This document shows positions 1-5,204 of a stretch of DNA of 43,267 nucleotides, in pieces. The notes beneath the pieces are model-generated. The model was not told the origin of the DNA. It did not search any database and saw only the letters and a program-made list of their open reading frames with translations. A program made the translations under genes and the position numbers. The first letter of the stretch is position 1. Each line of letters starts with the position of its first letter. This stretch comes from a bacterium. GTDB lineage: Bacteria > Patescibacteriota > Minisyncoccia > Phycocordibacterales > PALSA-1337. Where the stretch lies: NCBI GenBank assembly GCA_021782175.1, contig JAJXVL010000002.1:1-43267 (forward strand), in the 5' to 3' direction.

Positions 1-71
1 TCCTGACAACTCTCATGACTCTGGTCGGTGCCGGCGTTTTGTACATGGCCATTCATTTGGCCAGTTTGTAG
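1..71 (+). CDS. C-terminal fragment of a CDS entering from the left edge (hydrophobic tail, family unknown)
   Basis: The frame beginning at nt 3 is open to TAG 69-71 (LTTLMTLVGAGVLYMAIHLASL*). Only 22 codons are visible. Confidence 0.3.
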   Translation, partial: LTTLMTLVGAGVLYMAIHLASL

Positions 72-122
72 CAAATGCGCCAAAAGCGCCCTTGGCCGCG
101 TATGTGTTAGACTGAAACTATC

Positions 123-1472
123 ATGCTACGACCACATCTAGTCATTCTGGGCGCCGGCTTCGGCGGCGTCTATGTCGGGAAGAAGTTAGCCAGGCAGGTG
201 CGGCGCGGTGAGCTCGATATCACCATCGTCAACCGCACCAATTATTTTCTTTTCACACCCTTGCTCCATGAAGTAGCCACCGGCGCTCTCTCACCATCGA
301 GCGTAGCCGAGCCTTTGCGAGAAGTTTTTGCTGATACCAGCATCCGGATTGTCCAAGCTTCGGTCAAACAGATCGATCTAGCCAAACGCCAAGTACATTT
401 GACCGAGAATGAAACAGCTACTTTGGATTATGATTATTTGATTATCGCCACGGGCGCCGAGACCAACTACTATGGCTGTGAAGGCGCTGCTGAGTTGACC
501 TTGCCGCTCAAGAGTCTGGCTGACGCCGTAGCCATCCGGCATCGCGTGATTGATGTCTTCGAGCAAGCCGTCCTCCTGGACGATCCCGAAGCTCGGAAAA
601 AACTCCTGTCCTTCGCTGTAGTTGGCGGTGGTCCGACAGGAGTAGAGCTTGCGGCTGAACTAGCCGAATTCACCCGGGGCATCACATGTCGCTACTACAA
701 CGGCGAACATTGTCTCTCGGATGGTCGTGGCAGCTGTCAGCCAGAAGAAGTGACGATTACTCTCGTCAATGCCGGCAAAGAAATTCTAGAGCCTTTTTCA
801 CCGGCTCTGCGTGCCGCCGCTCGAGCCAAGCTGGAGAGGGAAGGTGTCATTGTCAGGAATGGTGTCAGTGCTACCAAGATAACCGCGCAAGGACTTGTTA
901 CAGCTACCGGTGAGACGATCTCGGCTTCCATGGTAATGTGGGCGGCTGGCGTCAAAGCCACGGCTCCAGCTTTTCTCGGTGAAGCCCCGACCATGGTTGC
1001 TGGCCGGCTTGCCGTCGATGAATCTTTCCGCTTGCAAGGCCAAGAACGAGTCTTTGCTCTCGGCGATGTAGCCGCCTATTTCAATCCAGAAGCGGTCAAA
1101 GAGGTCAGTTCACCAGTCCCAACCCCCACTACCACTGCCACGGTTCCAACTCCGGTCAAACTACCCCGACCGTTACCGATGTTGGCTCAAGTCGCTTCCG
1201 GCGAGGCTCGCATTGTGGCTGCCAATATTGCCGCCGCCATTGCCGGACGTAGCCCTCAATCATTCCGCTATCATTCCAAGGGCAGTATGGTCTCTGTCGG
1301 GCAATGGTTCGCCATCGGTCAGATTTTCGGTCTACGTTTATCTGGTCGATTGACTTGGTGGTTGTGGCGCACCATCTATCTCTTCAAATTTGCTTCCCGC
1401 AAGAAGCGTTTGCGTATCGCTTTTGAATGGTTCCTGGAGCTATTCTTCCCACGCGACATCACCAAATTATAA
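123..1472 (+). CDS. ndh: Type II NADH dehydrogenase (NDH-2), FAD-dependent pyridine nucleotide-disulfide oxidoreductase
   Basis: 449-aa ORF. It has an N-terminal GAGFGG dinucleotide-binding motif, a second GGGPTGVE motif, a GDVA motif and an amphipathic/hydrophobic C-terminal tail (TWWLWRTIYLFKF) typical of membrane-associated NDH-2. Confidence 0.85.
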   Translation: MLRPHLVILGAGFGGVYVGKKLARQVRRGELDITIVNRTNYFLFTPLLHEVATGALSPSSVAEPLREVFADTSIRIVQASVKQIDLAKRQVHLTENETATLDYDYLIIATGAETNYYGCEGAAELTLPLKSLADAVAIRHRVIDVFEQAVLLDDPEARKKLLSFAVVGGGPTGVELAAELAEFTRGITCRYYNGEHCLSDGRGSCQPEEVTITLVNAGKEILEPFSPALRAAARAKLEREGVIVRNGVSATKITAQGLVTATGETISASMVMWAAGVKATAPAFLGEAPTMVAGRLAVDESFRLQGQERVFALGDVAAYFNPEAVKEVSSPVPTPTTTATVPTPVKLPRPLPMLAQVASGEARIVAANIAAAIAGRSPQSFRYHSKGSMVSVGQWFAIGQIFGLRLSGRLTWWLWRTIYLFKFASRKKRLRIAFEWFLELFFPRDITKL

Positions 1473-1582
1473 TTGTGATCGAGGAGGTGTGACATCTTCC
1501 CCAAGGCTTTGGTTATATAGGGTAAGCACGGCACGCTTTAGATGTCGTGCTATAATTTTGCCCGAAATTTGCCTGAAATTGC

Positions 1583-1588
1583 TATAAT
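1583..1588 (+). promoter_or_regulatory. Extended -10 box TGcTATAAT, 6 nt upstream of ATG 1595 (leaderless-type promoter)
   Basis: Exact TATAAT preceded by TGc. The spacer to the ATG is 6 nt (gtgggc). Confidence 0.55.
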
Positions 1589-1594
1589 GTGGGC

Positions 1595-3466
1595 ATGAAG
1601 CCGCCCGAAGATCTGGAAGAGAAAGTTTTTTATTATTTTGATCTCGGTCTGATCGTTTCGACAACGGTCGTCCTCCTTCTATCTTTGTTGGGACCTTTCT
1701 GGGCACCGCCAACCTTGGCGGTTTTGTCTTTTTTGGGTTTGATCCCCGTGGCTATTTCTGCCGGCCAATCACTGATCCATCGGCGGATTTCTGTGGATTT
1801 GTTGGCTTCAATTGCTCTCATCTTCTCTCTGATTGCCGCCGAATGGACTTCGGCCGCCTTTATCACCTTGATGTTGGCTTTTGCCCGTGCTTTTGATCGT
1901 CTGACCCAGGCCCGAGCCAAACGCATCATTCAGAGTTTGATGAAATACAAGGTTGATCTGGTCAGGCTTCAGATCGGCGAGACCGTCAAGGAAGTTCATT
2001 TGGCCGAAGTCAAAGCCGGTGACCATGTGGTGGTCCAGGCCGGTGATCGTATGCCGGTCGATGGCACGGTTATTTCTGGCGAAGCCGCCGTCGACGAATC
2101 CTCCCTAACCGGTGAGAGTGAACTGGTCTCCAAGAGGGCCGGTGACAAGGTCTTCACCGCCACAGTCAATGAGTCCGGTTCGCTTCTGGTCAAAGCTGAG
2201 AAGATTGGGGCTGACTCCACACTTGCGCGCATTATGGTCTTGGTCGAAGAAGCCAGCCGCTCCAAGAGCCGCGCTGAGCGTATGGCAGACACTTTCACTC
2301 AGTGGTATATCGGCCTGTCTCTCGCCGCTTCGATCATCATGTATTTTGCCGGCCTCTCAACTCAGGAAATTCTGGCTATTTTGCTGGTGGTTTGTGCCGA
2401 TGATATTGCCGTAGCCGTGCCGCTGGCTTTCACAGCCGCTATTGCACGTATTGCCAAGCGCGGCGTCATCGTCAAGGGTTCAGCGGCTCTAGAACAACTT
2501 TCACGTCTGCAATATGTCCTCACCGATAAAACCGGCACTCTGACGAGTGGTAAGCCCAAAGTCGTCGAGGTCAAAGCTTATAGCACTTTTAGCAGGGCGA
2601 CAGTACTCAATCGCGCTGGTATGGGCGCCGCCGAATCCAAACATGCCGTGTCGCGAGCTATCGTCGAATATTTGACCAATCAGAAACTATCCATTCATGC
2701 TCCTCATGAATCGCGCGAAATCTCCGGACAGGGAGTAATCTTCCGGCACGGGGTCGAGGAGATGATCCTAGGACGCCCGTCCTTCCTCGAAGAACAAAAA
2801 GTCTCCGTACCAGAAGTAGTGAAGCAGGATGTAGCGGCAGCCAAAGATGCCGGAGAGGGGGTAGTTGTCCTCGCGGTGAATGGTCAGGTGGCCGGTCTGA
2901 TTGCTTATCATGATGAATTGCGTCCGCGCGACCGTGAAATCATTGCCCAAACCAAAACTTTGGGAGTGCGCGAGTGGCACATGTTGACCGGTGATAATGA
3001 ACGAGCTGCCGCTGTAGTAGCCAGACAGCTTGGCATCCAGCATTACCATGCCAATATGACCCCGGAGTCCAAACTGTCCTTGGTTCATCGTTTCGAGCGG
3101 GAACATGAGCCAGCCGTGGTTGGCTATATCGGTGATGGTGTCAATGACGCCGCTGCTTTGGCTCTGGCTGATGTTTCGATTGCCATGGGCGGCGTCGGGG
3201 CCGACGCCGCCATCGAAGCCGCTGATGTCACTATCATGCATGATCATCTGGAACGCCTGCCTCAGACCTTGCGCACTGCCCAGATCGTTCGTCATATCAT
3301 GTGGCAATGTTTCGGTATCTGGTTTGTGACCAACGCCTTTGGTCTGGCTTGGGTTGTGATCGGTATTCCTGGTCTAGGGGTCCTCGGACCAGCGGGCGCG
3401 GCCGCTTACAACTTCTTGACAGACTTTATTCCGATCGGTAATGCCTTGCGGGCAGGCCGGAAATGA
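1595..3466 (+). CDS. P1B-like (heavy-metal-type) P-type ATPase lacking an N-terminal metal-binding domain, with CAD in place of the CPC transmembrane motif
   Basis: The track ORF starts at GTG 1589; I prefer ATG 1595, which sits 6 nt after the TATAAT. P-type signatures present: LTGESE, DKTGTLT, MLTGDN, GDGVNDAAAL. SKHAVSRAI resembles the P1B SEHPLA motif. About 623 aa. Confidence 0.85.
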   Translation: MKPPEDLEEKVFYYFDLGLIVSTTVVLLLSLLGPFWAPPTLAVLSFLGLIPVAISAGQSLIHRRISVDLLASIALIFSLIAAEWTSAAFITLMLAFARAFDRLTQARAKRIIQSLMKYKVDLVRLQIGETVKEVHLAEVKAGDHVVVQAGDRMPVDGTVISGEAAVDESSLTGESELVSKRAGDKVFTATVNESGSLLVKAEKIGADSTLARIMVLVEEASRSKSRAERMADTFTQWYIGLSLAASIIMYFAGLSTQEILAILLVVCADDIAVAVPLAFTAAIARIAKRGVIVKGSAALEQLSRLQYVLTDKTGTLTSGKPKVVEVKAYSTFSRATVLNRAGMGAAESKHAVSRAIVEYLTNQKLSIHAPHESREISGQGVIFRHGVEEMILGRPSFLEEQKVSVPEVVKQDVAAAKDAGEGVVVLAVNGQVAGLIAYHDELRPRDREIIAQTKTLGVREWHMLTGDNERAAAVVARQLGIQHYHANMTPESKLSLVHRFEREHEPAVVGYIGDGVNDAAALALADVSIAMGGVGADAAIEAADVTIMHDHLERLPQTLRTAQIVRHIMWQCFGIWFVTNAFGLAWVVIGIPGLGVLGPAGAAAYNFLTDFIPIGNALRAGRK

Positions 3467-3472
3467 TTCTGC

Positions 3473-3478
3473 TATAAT
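3473..3478 (+). promoter_or_regulatory. Extended -10 box TGcTATAAT upstream of the DoxX gene (about 41-nt leader)
   Basis: Exact TATAAT preceded by TGc, immediately after the ATPase stop codon. Confidence 0.45.
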
Positions 3479-3519
3479 AGCCTCACCTTATCAGGGGTTG
3501 ATGTAACAATTCAAATCAT

Positions 3520-3909
3520 ATGATTACCGCATTTATGCTCGGTCGCGTTATTCTAGGCCTTTATTTCCTGGAAGGCGCTTACGGACATCTCGTCAAGCCG
3601 GCTGGTCTCATCGGCTATGCCAGCTCCAAGGGCGTGAAGTCACCGAAGTTTGCTGTTATCGGTACAGGCATCCTCATGGCTCTCGGTGGCTTGTCACTTT
3701 TGCTAGGTGTCCGACCGCATTACGGCTTGGCTTTGCTCATCATTTTCCTTTTGGGCACTTCCTTCAAGATGCATGCCTACTGGAAAGAGACTGATCCGAT
3801 GGCCAAGATGGGTGACCGAATCAATTTCACCAAGAACATGGCTCTGATCGGCGCGCTCCTCATGATGTTCGCGATCGCTTCGCCTTGGGTCTACGCCCTC
3901 AATTGGTAA
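3520..3909 (+). CDS. DoxX family membrane protein
   Basis: 129 aa with four hydrophobic helices. N-terminal LGRVILGLYFLEGAYGHL and the KMHAYW region are DoxX/DoxD-like. Confidence 0.7.
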   Translation: MITAFMLGRVILGLYFLEGAYGHLVKPAGLIGYASSKGVKSPKFAVIGTGILMALGGLSLLLGVRPHYGLALLIIFLLGTSFKMHAYWKETDPMAKMGDRINFTKNMALIGALLMMFAIASPWVYALNW

Positions 3910-3928
3910 GGTTGTTTTTTCTGTCAGT

Positions 3929-3967
3929 AACAAAACAGCAGACGGTTCATCCGTCTGCTGTTTTGTT
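3929..3967 (+). terminator. Rho-independent terminator after the DoxX gene
   Basis: Perfect 17-bp stem AACAAAACAGCAGACGG / CCGTCTGCTGTTTTGTT with a 5-nt loop, running into a T-rich tail. Confidence 0.8.
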
Positions 3968-4014
3968 TTGAAACCTTTAGTCCCATCAATCGTATTTTAT
4001 CGGAGAGTAGTCTG

Positions 4015-4122
4015 TACCAGTGACACATTGTTCTTTTGAGCCAAAGCCGAAGGTCGTGCCGAAACAATCGATGAAGGTCCGGCAGGTTCGTTTTGTCTCA
4101 AAAGAACAATGTGTCACTGGTA
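4015..4122 (+). repeat. Hairpin element copy A: 26-bp perfect stem around a 56-nt conserved core (candidate structured RNA or MITE-like element)
   Basis: 4015-4040 pairs perfectly with 4097-4122. The core 4041-4096 matches the reverse complement of 15254-15313 at 52 of 55 positions. Confidence 0.6.
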
Positions 4123-4155
4123 TTGTATTCACTGATTAGTTAATCCTGAAAACCA

Positions 4156-4161
4156 TATAAT
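4156..4161 (+). promoter_or_regulatory. TATAAT box placing a transcription start at the base of the multi-stem element
   Basis: Exact TATAAT. The first paired nucleotide of the long closing stem (G4169) lies 7-8 nt downstream, the expected TSS distance. Confidence 0.4.
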
Positions 4162-4168
4162 CCTAAGA

Positions 4169-4277
4169 GGGACTTCAATGTTCGGTCGAAAGGACCCTGT
4201 GAGCGCGACTGGCGCGAGCATAGAGGAAATTCCCAGCAGGGAATTTCCGTGTCCTGGAGACCGAATATTGAAGTCCC
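4169..4277 (+). ncRNA. Candidate structured ncRNA of unknown family (closing stem plus three inner helices)
   Basis: - P1: 4169-4187 pairs with 4259-4277 (19 bp, including one G4180-U4266 wobble that is only valid on the + strand).
- P2: 4191-4195 pairs with 4251-4255.
- P3: small GC hairpin at 4203-4216.
- P4: perfect 10-bp hairpin, 4225-4234 with 4239-4248, loop AGCA. Confidence 0.45.
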
Positions 4278-4289
4278 TTGAGGATTCGA

Positions 4290-4334
4290 GGGCTATTTGA
4301 TGCTAACTATCTTAGGGCTATTCAAGGCTAACTA
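4290..4334. repeat. Two 20-nt imperfect direct repeats at 25-nt spacing
   Basis: GGGCTATTTGATGCTAACTA (4290-4309) and GGGCTATTCAAGGCTAACTA (4315-4334) are identical at 17 of 20 positions. Confidence 0.5.
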
Positions 4335-4367
4335 ACTGATGGTTTCTGATTATTCAACAAGAAATTA

Positions 4368-5138
4368 TCAGTTGTTCCTCGGTATCGTCACATGCTGTTC
4401 ACCGAAAACTCCTGGCGCTACCGCGTATTTCGGAAAATAAATAGTAATCTCGTAGTCCGTGAAGGTGAAATTCTGGAAATTATCAGCCACTGGTGCCGTC
4501 CCATCATCCAGGATGCTTTGCGAGAGGTGACCGTTTGACGCCTGAGTCAGGGTGTCAGTCAGTTGAGACTTGGCTAAGGCTGATAATTTGGTCAGCCAGT
4601 CTGGCTGGTTAGGGAAGAGATCAGCTAGAGTCATCATCATACCGGTTTTTTCGTCGAAATTGAAAGTCTGCAATTCTTGATGACCATTGGCGCCACCGCT
4701 ATAGGAGTCATAACGCTCAATGAAGCTGATATAGTGCCCGTTTATTTGGGCGGGTTGCCAAGAAGCTATGAATGAGTAAGCACTTGGTGCTAGCTCGGCC
4801 AGAGGATCACCCGTAGCTTTCCTCGCGGCCTCGCTCGAAGCTACCTCAGCCCGGAAGTTTGCCAGGCGGCTTGTAGTCGAGGAAGCAATCATCTTATTCC
4901 AGGCGGCCGGTAGAGACGAAAACTGTGGGTATTCTACATTGACGATAGGTGAGGAGGTTGCTGTCTCGTGAATAGAAACAATTTGCATCGGTATCGTCGA
5001 GGTGTTGGAAACTGCGGTTTGAGTGGCAGGAGCCGAGGTCAGCGGGGTAGCGTATTGCGCACTGATGAAGTAAATACCTGTTAGCAAACCGATCAAGAGG
5101 ACTAGAATCACGATCAAACTGGTAGTGGATATTTTCAT
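4368..5138 (-). CDS. Membrane-anchored DUF3298/DUF4163 (RsiV-like extracytoplasmic domain) protein
   Basis: 256 aa with an N-terminal TM helix. YPQFSS, TFNFDEKTGMMMTLADLF and the C-terminal YEITIYFPKYAVAPGVFG match my recollection of the DUF4163 + DUF3298 pattern. Confidence 0.65.
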   Translation of the reverse strand: MKISTTSLIVILVLLIGLLTGIYFISAQYATPLTSAPATQTAVSNTSTIPMQIVSIHETATSSPIVNVEYPQFSSLPAAWNKMIASSTTSRLANFRAEVASSEAARKATGDPLAELAPSAYSFIASWQPAQINGHYISFIERYDSYSGGANGHQELQTFNFDEKTGMMMTLADLFPNQPDWLTKLSALAKSQLTDTLTQASNGHLSQSILDDGTAPVADNFQNFTFTDYEITIYFPKYAVAPGVFGEQHVTIPRNN

Positions 5139-5191
5139 GAAATGATTGTATCTCGCTTTGCTGGTGCTGGCAAAGAATCTTCGTAGCGCAG

Positions 5192-5197
5192 TATAAT
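5192..5197 (+). promoter_or_regulatory. TATAAT box 7 nt upstream of ATG 5205 (leaderless-type promoter)
   Basis: Exact TATAAT with a 7-nt spacer (aagattt). Confidence 0.5.
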
Positions 5198-5204
5198 AAG
5201 ATTT

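Noticed and set aside
2768-3307. 179-aa antisense ORF within the P1B-like ATPase, and similar ones within the P3A ATPase (5906-6394, 6996-7349)
   Set aside because: They are embedded opposite strongly conserved P-type ATPase motifs and have no start-site signals.
4041-4096. Hammerhead-ribozyme-like fragments (CGAAAC and GAUGAAG) in the conserved core
   Set aside because: The CUGANGA box is not intact: it reads UCGAUGA in copy A and UCGGUGA in copy B. The required three-stem arrangement and cleavage-site triplet cannot be drawn.
4160-4285. Possibility that the multi-stem element is SRP (4.5S) RNA, 6S RNA or a tRNA-like gene
   Set aside because: It lacks the GGAA tetraloop and AGCA/AGG symmetric-loop arrangement of SRP domain IV, the 6S central bubble, and a tRNA cloverleaf or T-loop (GTTCGAATC-like). 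A proper covariance-model scan is still needed.
4178-4300. 40-codon ORF (MFGRKDPVSATGASIEEIPSREFPCPGDRILKSLEDSRAI*) inside the multi-stem element
   Set aside because: The ATG lies 16 nt after the TATAAT, unlike the 6-10 nt pattern of real genes here. There is no Shine-Dalgarno. The whole ORF is buried in long perfect helices, which is better explained by RNA structure. It remains a formal alternative.
4290-4334. Direct repeats as a possible CRISPR array
   Set aside because: There are only two imperfect 20-nt units separated by 5 nt. No spacer-sized intervals, further repeats or cas genes are present.
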